DNA of 61,120 nt, the filler included, from Hausera hauseri (taxonomy: Eukaryota), in assembly GCA_046269625.1 (NCBI GenBank). It is 11 parts of 11 records of this genome, joined end to end, with 100 filler letters (N's around TTAATTAATTAA, not from the genome) between each part and the next. Parts side by side here need not be neighbours in the genome. Positions count along the whole stretch, not along the records: positions 34,961 to 40,793 come from JBJURY010181750.1; positions 40,894 to 47,127 come from JBJURY010121872.1; positions 47,228 to 51,746 come from JBJURY010544119.1; 8 more parts are not named here. One strand, 5' to 3'. The position numbers and the translations under genes were made by a program. Below the pieces are notes generated by a model. It searched no databases. It was not told the origin of the DNA and saw nothing but the letters and a program-made list of their open reading frames with translations. Shown piece by piece: positions 36,188 through 49,528 of this stretch. Each line of letters starts with the position of its first letter. Positions within the stretch are counted from its first letter, which is position 1.

Positions 36188-39100
36188 AAGTGTACTATTA
36201 GTCCTATGTATTGCGTCGTGCGCATGCATGTGGAGCAGGGGGCCATAGGAGCAACTCATATTTGTGCCTATCGTGAAGTAGTATTTTGCCCCCTTGTCCA
36301 TACCCCGAGTTTTATGCCATGCAAAAACATCATCTTGGCACGTTTAAGCGTGCAAAGAAGATGACGGTTGTACATTGCTCCACATACCGCGATGCTGTAG
36401 TAGTAGAGTGCCTGACGTTGATAGTTGCCATAGTGTAATGCAGCAGTACTATGGCGCCACAACGGTGCATAGTAAACGGGCCTACGTTTGTCCCCGTTGT
36501 TCTATAGTTGATGAAATCAACTATGAACAATTTTATAACCAGCACAAGGACCACTTGAACCAGTTTCAGCGGTCCAAAAAGGAAATAGTGATGGCAACAA
36601 GAAAAACCAGTATTCTCTCAACAAGCAAGAAACGTCAGGCGTCAACAAGTCTTGACGACTTAATTTGAAACAGTACCGAACAGTAGTAGCAGAAGCAGAA
36701 GCAGATGCAACAGCAGGAACCTTCCATTACTTTCAAGTACGATCTAAACAAATCGTACATGGACGTGAAAGTAAACATGTCGAAAACAACAACACTACAG
36801 CTGAGGCATGTTCCGCCCAGTGTGCGCAGCCGCTTGGAATTAGAGAAGGAGAAATTCAAACTCAACAAATGCAAAGTGCAATATTATGCATGTGCAGAAA
36901 TTGAAAACGTTGAAGGTGACAGGAAACAATAATACCTGTCACATTGAGCCGGACCGTATTCGGAAGATTTTATTGCCGATGTAGGCGAAAAGTGGGATGA
37001 AAAATTCGCCAACTATACCGAAAAGGCTAGTGGATGGCAAATTATACAAAATGTCACACTCGGCTTTATCATAACAAAGTCGAGTGACGTAGTATATTTG
37101 TCTGGACCGTCATTCATACCGTCACCTGCATCTCCAAAGAAGTCCTTGGCGGTAGTGAATGTACAAAATACTGACAACGAATACTGTTTTCAGTACAGTA
37201 TTCTGGCTGTATTGAAGTACAGCGAAGTGAACAGATATCATGTAAATCGTCCAAATCAGTATCATCAGTATTTTTCCGAATTGCAATTTGATGAATGCTG
37301 GATGTCGGTAAAACTGAAAACCATTCCGGCTTTTAAACGGCGAAATCCGATGCTGTCAATCAACGTTTTTCAGTACAACACAGTAGTTGAAATACCGGAA
37401 GACGAAGAAATTTATAAAAACCCCATGTGGACATAATTTATCGTAGTGGCAACCCGAATAAACGCTCGGTAAATTTGATGCTGTTGGAGCAGTCAGAAAA
37501 ATTTCATTACGTGGCAGTGACAAATCTGGATAGACTGTTGAACATGCAGCATGACCAGTTCATCAAAAAGAGAATACGATGCAAATGATGTCCTGTATGT
37601 CTGCATGAATTCAGATCGGAAACAACGTGGGAGAAACATGTCACGCTATGCAAGTAAAACGCATCAGGGACAATAATGTACGTTATGCCGTCAAAAAGGA
37701 GCTCAGATTCAGTGATTGGTCTAAAACGGACAGTCTGGCATATGTGGTGTATGCCAATATAGAAGCAATTCTACCACGGCACAATGTATACGATCAAAAG
37801 CACGTTCAAATTACCGTCGGTATGTTGCTATTACCAACAAAAGCCGCAGGACAACCGCAGTATTACGTTTTCGATGGTTGGAACGTCATTTCCCGAAGCA
37901 GTTAATTGTATCGCAATAATTGCAATAAGCTATTAATTTGGGCAGAAGAATATCAACCGTTGCTTTTCGCTGTCACCGATGAATGCTATCTGTGCCACAA
38001 AATAATACCGTTTGATGGACAGGAACGGCTCGTACCGGATCACAACCATTTCACCGGTCGATACTTAGGAGCAGCATGTAATTCATGCAATTTAGCAAGG
38101 CGAGTGCAATCATTCCTGTCGGTGATCTTTCATAATTTTCAAGGTTATAACTGTCACAATATTCTCAAATGGGCCATTAACGGCTTTCAGAACTGGGAAC
38201 TGTCCACAATCCCAACGACAATGGAAAAATATCTACTGCTGCCAGCACAAGTAAACCGATTCCAGGTACGCTTCCTTGATTTATAGTAATTTCTAAATGA
38301 ATCATTGGCAAAGCTGGTAAATGCTTTGCCAGATGTGGCGATAGCACTGACGCAGTTACCCGCACATATTGCACCATATGACCTTGAAACATCATATGAG
38401 CGACTCCGGATGCAGAGGAATTACCGCCGCGATTGAAAGGTATCGCAGAAGATGAATATCAAAGAGCAAAAGAATATTGGACAGAACTGGGATGAAGAAA
38501 CATGTTGGATTACATGCTCCGGTATCTTAAACTGAAGGTCTACTTATTAGCCGACGTGTTAGAAGCATTTCGGACCAAAGCGCTGGCGGAAGATAGATTG
38601 GAGTCACTCAACTTTTATTCCATACCGGGAATGAGTTAGGCGTCAGCTCTAATGTCACTAAATCGAGACATTGAAATGCTGCAAGATACGGAAATGCACC
38701 GAATGTTTAATGTTGGTGTTCGAGGCGACATGACATTTGCCAACAAGCATCAGATCAGTGCTACCGATATAACATCACTGCTGTACATTGATATTAATAA
38801 CCTGTACTGCTGGGCGCTTTCGCAACCCTTGCCGTACGTTTCATTTGACTGGATTGTCGACAGACAAGCAGATATGGCAGGCTCAGTCGGATACCTGATG
38901 AAGGTCGATCTGGTGGTACGAAATGTGCTGCATTACGTTTTGCACGATTTACCAGTCGCACCATTTAACCAATGTCCGTCAGGCTCAAAATGTGACGAAA
39001 CTGCTCATGACGCATGAACCGAAGCTGAATGACGTGGTCCATTGGCGCCTGCTTCAGCTCTACATGTTGCTCGGTGTAAGCGTCACACAGCTGCATCGTG

Positions 39101-39995
39101 CAATCCGATTTGCTCAGGCTCCCATATTCAAGGCGATAATAGATGAAAATTCGGAGAAACGAGCCGCAGCTTGTACAAAGTTCGAAAAGGACTACTATAA
39201 GCTGAGAAACAATTCCTTGTACGGAAGAACAGTGGAGAATCTGAAAATGCGGTTCAATGGACGCTTATGCAGCAGCGAAAAGCGGTTGGTCAGGAACACG
39301 TGTAAGGCACAGTTTCGGCAGTCAGTAAACATTACCGATGGATTGGTTGCGGTGCTATTAAAAACAGAGAAGTTGTTCTGGACTGGCCAAGTTACATCGG
39401 ACAAGTGGTATTGGATCTGAGCAAGTTGCGGATGTATGAGCTACAGTATCGCGATTTGGCAGGTTACCGGCAAATGTTTGACGGCTGTGACAATAGTATA
39501 ATTTCCGGTGACACAGACAGATTTTTCCTGAGGCTGAAAAAAGTCAATTGTGAACAGCTACTGCAGCAAATGCAGTCAAATGGATTACTGGATACGTCCA
39601 ACTATCTACCGGATCATCCTTTGTACAGCAGCGTGAATACCAACAAAATCGGCTGCTTCAAGGATGAAGGTTAAGGCCGTGTCCGGTATCGGGAATGGAT
39701 ATTCTTACGCCCAAAGTGCTACAGTCTTCTGACGGACTGTGGACCGAAAATGCAGGCGAAAGTAGTCCAACTGAGACAGATGGAAATCGACCACAGTGAT
39801 TATCGCCGTATATATGAAGAAGCAGCAGAAGGAGGACAATCAGTGGCTGTTGTGTCTCAAACGATCATCCGATCAATTGAACACCAGCTGTACACAATAA
39901 CTAGTGAGAAAGTCTCTTTTTCATGTTACGATGATAAGCGAAAGTGGGTGGGACGAAATAAGAGTTGGGCGTATAAACATTTGAGGTTAAAATAA
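36188..39995 (+). pseudogene. Polinton-type pPolB, family A copy 3 (full span, decayed)
   Basis: In order: Cys/His modules, polyQ linker, TP-like region, vOTU-like VVNVQNTDNEYCFQYSIL...FHYVAV, CxxC finger, exonuclease VVYANIEAIL, HNH/EndoVII-like CYLCHK..PDHNHFTGRYLGAACNSCNL, LLYIDINNLY, YKLRNNSLYGRT, ISGDTD and DDKRKW. Confidence 0.92.
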
Positions 39996-40277
39996 AACAC
40001 GCTTGATAGTGTCAGATCAGATCAGATACAGGCAATTCAATCTGGTCTGGATATTGTGACAATTATTGACAATGATTATCTTTTGTACACTGTTTTATTT
40101 CAGTGTTAATAATGTACTTTGTTCAGTGTCTTTTGTGTTTTGTTTATTATTAAGTAAGATAGAAGTAAAAGTAAAACAATAATCTTGTTCGAGAAAACAA
40201 AATGTGTAACACGAATACATTTATCTATTGATCGGCGAAAAACTAAAATCACAAAAACACAAAGTAAGTCTGTTAAA

Positions 40278-40736
40278 TCATAGTAAACTTCCCATTTTCC
40301 ATATTGTGGATTTGACGCCGCTGCTTTTCTTCAATCCTTTGAGCTTCAGTGCCAGGTAGCCTTTAGCTCCTTCCGGTTGCAAAACAGTTTCTGCTGTTTC
40401 TCCGCCATGTGATCTGACAATTTTTGCCATATTTTCTTTGAAAAAAATAGACGATGTATCTCGGATATCGTTACTCAACACCAAATCACTGTCAACTTTT
40501 CTAATCGTATCTTCCATTGTATCCAGATCATCATCGCTGATCTTTTTCAACAATAGACCATATTTTACCGGTTTGATTCTGACCGTTTGCGTAAATGGCG
40601 ATTGAATAGCGTTGCCCAGATAATGTAAGTTGTATCCATTATACAACCGGGAATTTCTGAGCGAATATTCTATGTACCGTGGCTTTTTTGACAAACTCGC
40701 GGAACTGTCACATGCTGAATTGTTTTCCAAAGACAT
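40278..40736 (-). CDS. Family-A conserved 152-aa ORF ('MSLENN', putative OB-fold/SSB), copy 2
   Basis: Essentially intact ORF convergent with pPolB. TATAAATA lies ~40 nt upstream (minus strand ~40775-40782). NLS-like SKKPR near the N-terminus. Confidence 0.8.
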   Translation of the reverse strand: MSLENNSACDSSASLSKKPRYIEYSLRNSRLYNGYNLHYLGNAIQSPFTQTVRIKPVKYGLLLKKISDDDLDTMEDTIRKVDSDLVLSNDIRDTSSIFFKENMAKIVRSHGGETAETVLQPEGAKGYLALKLKGLKKSSGVKSTIWKMGSLL

Positions 40737-41649
40737 TTTTTAAATAAGACAAACGTAAAATGAAATTGCATCCATATTTATATCAAATTTGTTNNNNNNN
40801 NNNNNNNNNNNNNNNNNNNNNNNNNNNNNNNNNNNNNTTAATTAATTAANNNNNNNNNNNNNNNNNNNNNNNNNNNNNNNNNNNNNNNNNNNNTTTATGG
40901 ATCAAGAGAGCACAGTGTGTACTATCGATCGGCACATGTGCAAAATCGATTTATCGATTACCCCCCCCCCCCCCGGGGTGGGGCAGAACCGTCATTTTCC
41001 CCCTGCTATCAAATATTTTATCATATCCAAGTGCCCGTATCTACAGGCTATGAACAATATTGTTTCTCCTACTTGATTTTTAATTCATAATTTTACATTG
41101 GAAAAATATCCAACAACATGTATTATTTTCAACGTTCACCGATTCAATTCTGTTGCAAATTCTTAAAATTTGTTTCGTGATGGCCGTGGATTATCTTTAA
41201 GCCATTTTTCAAGTTGCTTCACATCTTCAGCTACAAAAGTCACTCGATTTCGAACTTTTCCTTTCTCGGTTTTCGCTCTGTCCAAGAAATGATTTTGATA
41301 AATACCCAAGGACGAAAACTGGGCTATGGAAAACCCGGTAGAAGTTTCTGATTTCTGATATGTAAAATTTTCATCTCAAAATCTTCCATCGATAGTAGAA
41401 ATTTTATCGCCCTCATTGAATGATTATTCTGCTTTAATTTTCATCAAAGCATTTTGTCTCACCGAATCACAAAACCTTCCTAGTGACGAATGTGACGCAT
41501 CGGGATTTAATGAACTCTTTTAAAATTTCCCATAACTGCTTGTCAATTTTTTTAAAACTGTTGAATTGATTCAGGGATTATTAGAGGAAAGGCAATACTA
41601 AATGTTCATTGTTGTCATTCGAATTTCAAATAGTCGGTATCATGGATAC

Positions 41650-44290
41650 TTTTTCGAGGTGGAAAATGGGGCTCGACTATGGCCCGCCGCGGCGGCGGCG
41701 GACGCCCGGCCGTGCCCAACCAAATAGGCCAGAGGGCGCCGGCCGTTGTGGGAACCACATCACCCTCCCCGTGGCAAAGTAAAACTATAAAAGTTAAAAG
41801 CGACAGAGAGTAAAAACCGCAAAACGAAAAAGTGTCTATGTCAGTCGGTCAGTGTGGCAAGACGTTAGGTGCCTTATAGTGATTTTTTCCTGCTATACTT
41901 GCTGAATGTGACTCTGCGTGTTTTGTCTTTATGCTGTGTGCTTGTTTGCAGAGGTTGAAATTGTGGAAAAATTGTCGGATGTTATGGTGAGTGTTATGTC
42001 GTGCAAAGACGAATCAGAATGAAGAGAAGAAGAAGGTGAAGGAGAAAAAACGTTTGTTGAAGACGGATGGTTAAAGGTATTCAAGAAAGTGTTGGAAGAT
42101 GGAGTGATGATAAAAGGTGTAGTGGCGGATAAAGGAAGAGAAAGAGAAGTTGGAGTAGAGGTTGGAATTGAATTGTTTGAGAATGGAAGTAAAAGATGAA
42201 ACTGAAGTAGTGGTTGAGAGAGGACAGGGCAAAGAGGTACAAAATGGAAGAAAACAAGAAGATGGAGAAGAGAAAGGAGAGTAGTTGGAAAGTTGTATGC
42301 AAGAGATTTGAATCATGAAATGGATGGATGGAGAGATTGGTGAAGTCGAAATGGTGTTTGGTGGAGGAAGTATTACAAAAGGCGAAGGCAGGTTATTATA
42401 AGGGGGTGAAAGAGGTGTGAGAAGGCTTGAAGGTGCAGAATCGAGTGCGAAGAAAGAGGCTGAATTGTGAGAAGAAATTGAAGTGGAAGTTTTGGAAAAA
42501 ACCTAGGGGAAAGTGGATTAAGACATTGAGCAGAGATGGAAAGTGAATTGTTGGATTGCTGCGCATCGTAAAAAGATGTTGGTGGAGAAGTGACTTCGAT
42601 GGGAGACGTATCATCAATGAAGAAGGCAGGCTTAGCGTTGTTGATGTAAACTGCTACTTCTTTGTCGTCTTTGAGAATGATGATGTTGTGGGAGTGTAGG
42701 CGAATTACTTTGTAAGTGCCAAAATACTGAGGACAAAAACCACACGGTGTCTGATTCTTTAACCAAACGAACTTGGCAGTATATAAATCGTCGGGTATGT
42801 AGGGTTTATTTGCGTGTAACAATCTGCAAAATGAGTCTTTGCTGATCTCAACGTAGTGTCTCTGTGCCGCTTGTATGGTTTCGTCTGTAGGAGTATTGTC
42901 CAGCTCAGTCAGCTCGAATAATGATTTGATATATGTGCCAAATAATTCTTCTGCAGGTGAACAGCCTGTAGAAGTAGATGGTGTGTTCCGCCAACCAAGC
43001 AGAACGTACGGAAGGGGTGTAGTCCAACTGCGATTGGACTAAGCAAAGATTTTAAGAGACGTTTTCATCGTTCGGTGAAATTGTTCGAGAAGGCCATTCG
43101 ATTGGGGATGATGTGGTGACATGTGAATGTGGTTAATTCCCAATCGATTGACAAGAGCTTTAAAGAAGTTGGATTCGAACTGTGGACCTTGGTCCGAAAT
43201 GATGTGGCGAGGTGATCCAAACCTGCTGACCCAAGCTCGGATGAAAACGTCTGTGATGGTTTCTGTGTTGGTGCTCCAAAGCGGGACGGCCTCTGGCCAT
43301 CGAGGGGAACGGTCCATCATTGTGAGGATGAAGTGATGGCCCTTGTCTAAGGGTAATGGGCCTACAATGTCAATGTGAACAGATTCAAAACGAGACGTGC
43401 AGGGAATATGATATAGCGGTGGCTTTAGGTGTTTAGTAACTTTGTATTTTTGGCATGCCACACACTGCCTAACCCATGCCTGCACGTCAGAGCGCATCGA
43501 CAGCCATACTACTTGGCATTGTAAAAGGCCAAAAGTGGCCTTGGCACCGGGATGGTGCAACGAATGGATGCTGTTGAATGCTTCTTTTTGAAGCAATTTA
43601 GAAAGGATGACTTTAGGATTATTAGGTTTGGAAGTGTCGAAGGCCAGACCGTGGATGGTTTTGCACGATTTGAAAGATTTCAGGATGTCAGGAGGTGGCT
43701 GGTTTTGCTGAAGTTTGGATTGAGTAAAAACTGGTGTGAAATCAATCGAGTTGACTGATCGGGACAAAAAGTCAGCTACTAAATTGTCGACTCCGTTTAG
43801 GTGCTGGATTACAAAATTAAATGTGGACAAATACGATATTTGCCTCTCCTGACGTGGAGAAGGCGATTTCATAATGAGAATTTGGAGCAAGGGCTTGTGG
43901 TCCGTTTGTATGGTAAAAGTTCGTGCATTTAGTATGTTTAAAGTGTTCTACAGCAAGGATCATTGCAAGCAACTCTTGGTCAAAGCTGGAATATCTTTGC
44001 TCTTGTGCTGTGAATTTTCGAGAAAAGAATTCGAATGGCTCATGTGATCCATTTTTGACTTGATGGAGGACAGCAGCTGCAGGTGTTGTGGATGCGTCCG
44101 TGGTTAAGAAGAGTTCTGCATGGGAGTGTGGATAGGCCAGGATTTCTACGGTTTTTAAATTGTCTTTGAGGTGATCGAAAGCGTTGACTAGCTTCGCAGA
44201 CCACTTCTGACACCAATTGTTATTTTCTCCATAAACTTGTGAAACCTCAGACACAGTTGTCCCTTGCAAAAAACTTCTGGTAAAGTTCAC
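41650..44290 (-). mobile_element. Ty3/Gypsy (CsRn1-like) element: RNase H, integrase, 3' UTR, PPT and start of 3' LTR
   Basis: LTTDASTTPAAAVLHQ..FFSRK..YSSFDQELLA; SPRQERQISYLSTF..DNLVADFLSR; HSLHHPG..CVACQ; RFESVHIDIVGPLP..RWPEAVPL..SDQGPQFES..HPQSNGLLEQFHR. PPT GGGGAGGGTGA (41770-41760) is followed by TGTGG at 41759. Confidence 0.9.
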
Positions 44291-45199
44291 GAACTTCTTA
44301 CGGTCATTTTTTTCTGTGTCTTATTATAGTCTTAAAGGAAGTAATTCTGATGATTCTGTGAGCGAGATTCCTCTTTACGACAATTACAAAAAATTGGGCA
44401 CCACAGGATATCCTCAACAAAGGCAATTCAAAACCTTTGAAAATAGTCACAAAATGATGACGGCAATAGGAAATTTCAAAATGTTGGAATCACAGTTAGA
44501 GAGAACGAAATCGTAAAATTCAAAAATTAAATCCAAATTGAAATGCAAGTTGTATTTAAATATCGAAATCTTTGAATAGAGAGAAAACTAACATTTAATA
44601 TGGTCAAAAAGCTTTTTTTCTAGAAAATTTCATTCGATAATAAACTTGATCAAAATATGGATAATCAGCAGTGGTTGCTAAAACGAAATCGAAAGCCTTT
44701 TATCAATAATAAAATGTCCAAAATATCTCTTTGTTTCTGGCCATGAGGAATATTTAAACAAAATTTATATACATATGTACATCTACAATAGGCCGGGTAA
44801 TTCCAGTAATTACTAACTCCCGGCAATATCATGATTTGGCAATTTTGGTTGACCTTGTCGACGAATAAAAATTGAACAATCTTACATATGGATTTAACAA
44901 TAAAAATCTGATATGAGGGCAAATCAATCGAACTAATCACAAATACATATGGAAATAGGGACGAGATATCAGCGTGAATGAAGGACTGAGCGACAGTAAT
45001 TTAATTCAAATCCTGATAATCACCGTTTACGAATTAGTCTTTTTAGATTTAATGTTTGACTGAATTAATGTTTTCTATCTTTCCCCTTTGATTTCTAAAT
45101 CACAACATTCGGTATTATGAATCGACAAACATAGAACATTCTTTCGTTTGGTATCGGTGCAAATATTGGTAATTTACTTTCCTTTCTGTCTATGCGCAG

Positions 45200-45818
45200 T
45201 AAATTTAATGTCTGTTTTTCAGATAAGTAATCTTGAGTTACGAAATCGTGCAAAAGCAGTATTTCCGCAGTTGGTCGTCACCGCTCATTTTTGATCAGTG
45301 CATATTTAAGGAAGAAATGAAATCTTGGTGACCAGGATTCTTTTTTCTGAAGTTTTGGTGGTGAATACAATCTCTGGGCCAAAATCTGCAAGGCTTTCGT
45401 AGGATGTAAATCAAATAATAATGATTGTAGTTCTGAATATTCAATAGCAGTAATACCAACTGCCCAGACGTCACAACGTTCGTCGTATCCACTTGATCTG
45501 TTGTTCACTGCAGCAACTTCCGGTATCATCCAGTACGGAGTTCCTATTAACGTGTTTCTTTCGACATAGGTGGAAGACCATTTCGCTGAGATTCCAACGT
45601 CAGCTATTTTCACTTCTCCAGTATCAGTAAGAGGGATATTAACACCTTTGATATCTCTATGAATATGATTCTTTTTGTGCATATACTCAAGACCTATGAG
45701 TGTTTTTCTCGAAATAAATGCAATCGTATTCTCTTCAATGTTCCGTCGGAGATTGAGATAAATATCTTGCATTGACTGACCACCGCAAAACTCCATACAA
45801 ATCCAGAGTTTTGAATTT
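45200..45818 (-). pseudogene. STE20/GCK-I (MAP4K1/2/3/5-like) kinase exon, probably pseudogene
   Basis: Acceptor TTTCTAG at 45820/45819, then KLWICMEFCGGQSMQDIY, HRDIKG, KIADVG (DFG altered), IGTPYWMIPEVAAV, CDVWAVGITAIE and PPKL..WS..FH.FLK.AL. Premature stop in KNER*RPTAE. Confidence 0.8.
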
Positions 45819-47227
45819 CTAGAAATAATATTATCGACGATATTTGCAACAGTTATTTACAAATAAAACAAATCATGTCAAATTAAACTAATTTTCATTA
45901 TAGTTTTGTTATTACAAATCTAGACCTCACTATAGTTTATCTACGCAAATTGTATATTTATAGACCGTACACGATTGAAATGTCCACATATTTTACAATT
46001 AAAGCTTCAACGTTATGCAGATGCAAAACACTGAATATAAACAAATCCTGTGTACCCGAAATAATTCTTACTAGTTACAGTTTTATTATTGAACTACATT
46101 CCGGCCGATGTCGGAATTTTAACTATTGACGGAAAAGACGCATAGAAGAAAAATATTAAAATGATCCAGTAATATCAATATTGTTTTTCAATTAAATGAA
46201 CAAGAGGAACAACTAAAATAAAAATAAAAAATACTGAATGACATAGAGGAAACTTTTTGTTGCTTTTGACATACTATGGTTCATTTAATTTAATTACAAT
46301 AGATAATGTCTCTGGATGTCACGGGGAAGAGCGTTAAGAGGTTAATATAAAGTGAACAAAATAAACTCAAAATCGCGAGGTAACCCTCATTTTTAATGAA
46401 ATATGATAAATAAATTTCTTATGCAATTATTTCATAAGAAATTTCTGTAGTTAAACCTATCATTTTGAAGAACGTAACAAAAGTAGAAAGCATCGGAAGC
46501 TTTTTGTTAATGTTGAAAAAATAGAAAAAAGCAAGTAATCGTAAAATTTCTACCTGATGAATAAAAAGTTTCTAAACTATAATACAGATCGATATACCTC
46601 GTCAAGACGCATTAAATGATACCTAGAATTTTGTAAATTTTTGAGTGGTATGGTTAGGGGAACCCTTCCAAAAGTTGAAAAAGAACTATTATCAAAAAGA
46701 ATTTTAACTACGTCAATTATCTCAACAGTGTATCAATCTGCTGGTTTTGAGCATTATTGTACCATAGTGTTTATTCCAAATTTAGTAAAGGACCAACCAA
46801 CTGTCTTAGTCTTATTATACCATCCCAACTTTCGAATATTAACATACCTATGTCAGGAATCATTCAAGACGTCTCAAATTCTATATCGATTTGTATTATT
46901 CAAACATTCAAACTCCACAGTTCAGGACGTAAATGTTCAGAAGTGATTATTGGTATTTATTCTGCAGCTGGAGAACCAAACCCAAAACCAGTCCTGAATA
47001 AAAATTGTATTGATCAAAAGACCATTGTAGGATTTTTGTAGTGATTTCTTGGTGATTTGTATTGGTGAAAGGTGCTATAGAAATAACATTTGCTCAGCTA
47101 TAACTTACTGGAATGATGGTGGCAAACNNNNNNNNNNNNNNNNNNNNNNNNNNNNNNNNNNNNNNNNNNNNTTAATTAATTAANNNNNNNNNNNNNNNNN
47201 NNNNNNNNNNNNNNNNNNNNNNNNNNN

Positions 47228-48064
47228 TGGAATTAAATTGGCCGATTGATTGTAATCACCCATCATAGACCTTAACATTCCTTTACTTATTGCGGCGATG
47301 AGCCCTGTGGCTGCATTAAAGTTATCAACCCAGCCCGGAAAAGGCTCAGACACAGATGATCCAATAATAGATGATCGGGCTATGACAATCGGCAATGTGT
47401 CAATGTTCTGACTGATGACGTACTCTGCTAATTGTTTTGTGAACGTATACGTGTTTGGTTTGTTTCCCAATAATCGTGGAGTGATCATATCGAGTACATC
47501 CTCTCCAAGGCATTGGGTAACTTCAACGAGTTTGTACGGATCTATTGGCGGTGGATAGACAAATTCGTGGATAATTTTCTCAACGCAGTTAGCATAGGCA
47601 GTCGACACGTAAACTATGACCTCAAGACGTTCCATCTTTTTTGCCAAACTGACCAGTCTTATTACCGGTAACAAATTCATATCTATGGCGAATTTCAACG
47701 GCTCATTAAATTTAACCGTAGCAGCAGAATGGATCACAATGGACACATCATTCATCAATACGGCCATATCAGCATCGTTAAGGCCCAAATTTTCTTCTTC
47801 AACATTTCCCTTGAATACTTTTAATTTGCTCAAAACCGATGGATTTTCTTCCAATAATAAATTGAATACTTCGGATTTCATTAAACTAGCAAGCCGTTCC
47901 TGAACAGTTGCACCTCGCTTTGGACGAATAAGCACATAAATGCATTTGATGCCCGGACATGAACGTAATAATTTTTCTATCACAGACTTACCAAGAAGAC
48001 CAGTGGCTCCAGTGATAAATATATTTTTATTGGCATAAAACTGACTGATTGTCTTTTCCAACAT
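47228..48064 (-). CDS. Fatty acyl-CoA reductase (NAD-binding domain), 3' end cut by linker
   Basis: FYANKNIFITGATGLLGKSVIEKLLRSCPGI..IYVLIRPKRG, IHSAATVKFNEPL, YVSTAYANC, PNTYTFTKQLAE and EPFPGWVDN. The ORF is uninterrupted. Confidence 0.93.
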
Positions 48065-49163
48065 GTAAAATTCAAATAACTGGCTAACTGATGATAAGTA
48101 AATAAGTTAAGTATTTTGTCATACGATTTTTTACTCAAATAAACACGTTCGCAATTGTGATAAAGGCTCAAGTATAATACTATATAGATTTCTAAATTTC
48201 GATATTTAACTGCTGGTGCGTTTTAAAGAAATAGTTGAAAATTAGGTTAAATCTGTCGATATCGGCAAATACATATGTCACTAAATTGATATTACCTTTA
48301 ATGATGTATTATGAATCATATTTTATGATGTAGTATGAATAAGTACATTTGGATTTTCTTTAGTAGATACATTGCCTTGTAATATTTTTATAATATTAAC
48401 GTTTTAAGCATATTTCGACTTGTCCTCATAATTCTATACATTTTATGTGTGCGAAATTTTTCAGGTTTATTGATATCATGACAAGTTGAATGACGTTAAA
48501 AATTGCAATTTTATGTTACACAGTATGGAGTAATAAAACGGCAGCTTTAAATTTAATAAAGGAATTACAATTCACAACGTTTTATTGTAATATTAAATTT
48601 TGTATGTATTTTAGTTAAGAAAATAATAAAAGGAATTTTTAAACTTTCCACTTTACTGTGGTGGAAAGGCAAGAGACAATTGAAAATCAATAGAAATATG
48701 ACTGTCTGAGAAATTGCCACCTTTTGTCATAATCACCATATATTATACCACTTTGCATCAGTTTTCTTTATAACTACACTATATCTCCACGGGAGTAGAT
48801 TAATTAAAGGTCGAGATTAAAGGGTTGAATTAATTGAAGTATGAAAATAAAACCAGAAAATCAACCTTTCATTATACGAGTTGTTACGATGAAATTATTT
48901 TAAACTAAAAACAGTATTAAAATTATACGAATAACCAAAATAAAATTATGCATGCTGTATTCTTGAAATTAAGTCATAACGCACATTGTTCATTCGTGGG
49001 GATGCGACACAATTGCTTTGGAATCATATTCTAAATTCAAGCTTTGTTTTATTCAATAGAATAAGTTTTTAAAAGGTATTTTCATTTAAATGATTCATTA
49101 GTTTGTGTTGTTTATATAATTTTATCGCCCCTGTAAATAATCATTGAAATTAATAAAATTTTA

Positions 49164-49528
49164 ATGGATTCTGAAGAGCATGTGCAAAATCTTAGACACA
49201 ATCACAATACTAAGGAAAAGGGTTTCTTTGTTGTGTTATTAAAATAATAATAATCCGCTTTTATCAAGACTATCCAGCATATCTCAATGGAAAGATAGTA
49301 AAGCATCAGAAAAGCGAAATAAATATAGCAATCCCGAAAGATATCCAATTACAAGGCATTTCTTCACCGACAAAGTTGTCTAAACGTTTGTACTCAAGAC
49401 AGAGGCGAAATGCCATTTGTGAAAGTACGATATTGTCTAAAGAATTAAAGGCATTTCTAGTGAATGCTCAGTTGAAAGATCTGTCAGAAAATTTGTCTTG
49501 TGTAATGAGTATAGCAAATACTGATTAG
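49164..49528 (+). CDS. Putative small two-exon gene (~105 aa)
   Basis: Exon 1 49164-49221 (MDSEEHVQNLRHNHNTKEK+G), a 47-nt AT-rich GT..AG intron (49222-49268) that keeps the phase, and exon 2 open to TAG 49528. The donor (GTTTCT) is weak. Confidence 0.35.

Noticed and set aside
36188-39995. Alternative genetic code or programmed frameshifting to explain the broken pPolB frames
   Set aside because: All three stop codons occur, at different positions in different copies and replacing various residues, alongside copy-specific indels. This is ordinary decay.
42071-42316. Ser/Phe-rich short ORFs
   Set aside because: Low-complexity purine/pyrimidine-skewed 3' UTR of the Gypsy element.
44665-44940. 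Possible CNH-domain remnant of the MAP4K gene
   Set aside because: The position is compatible, but I could not recognise any diagnostic motif.
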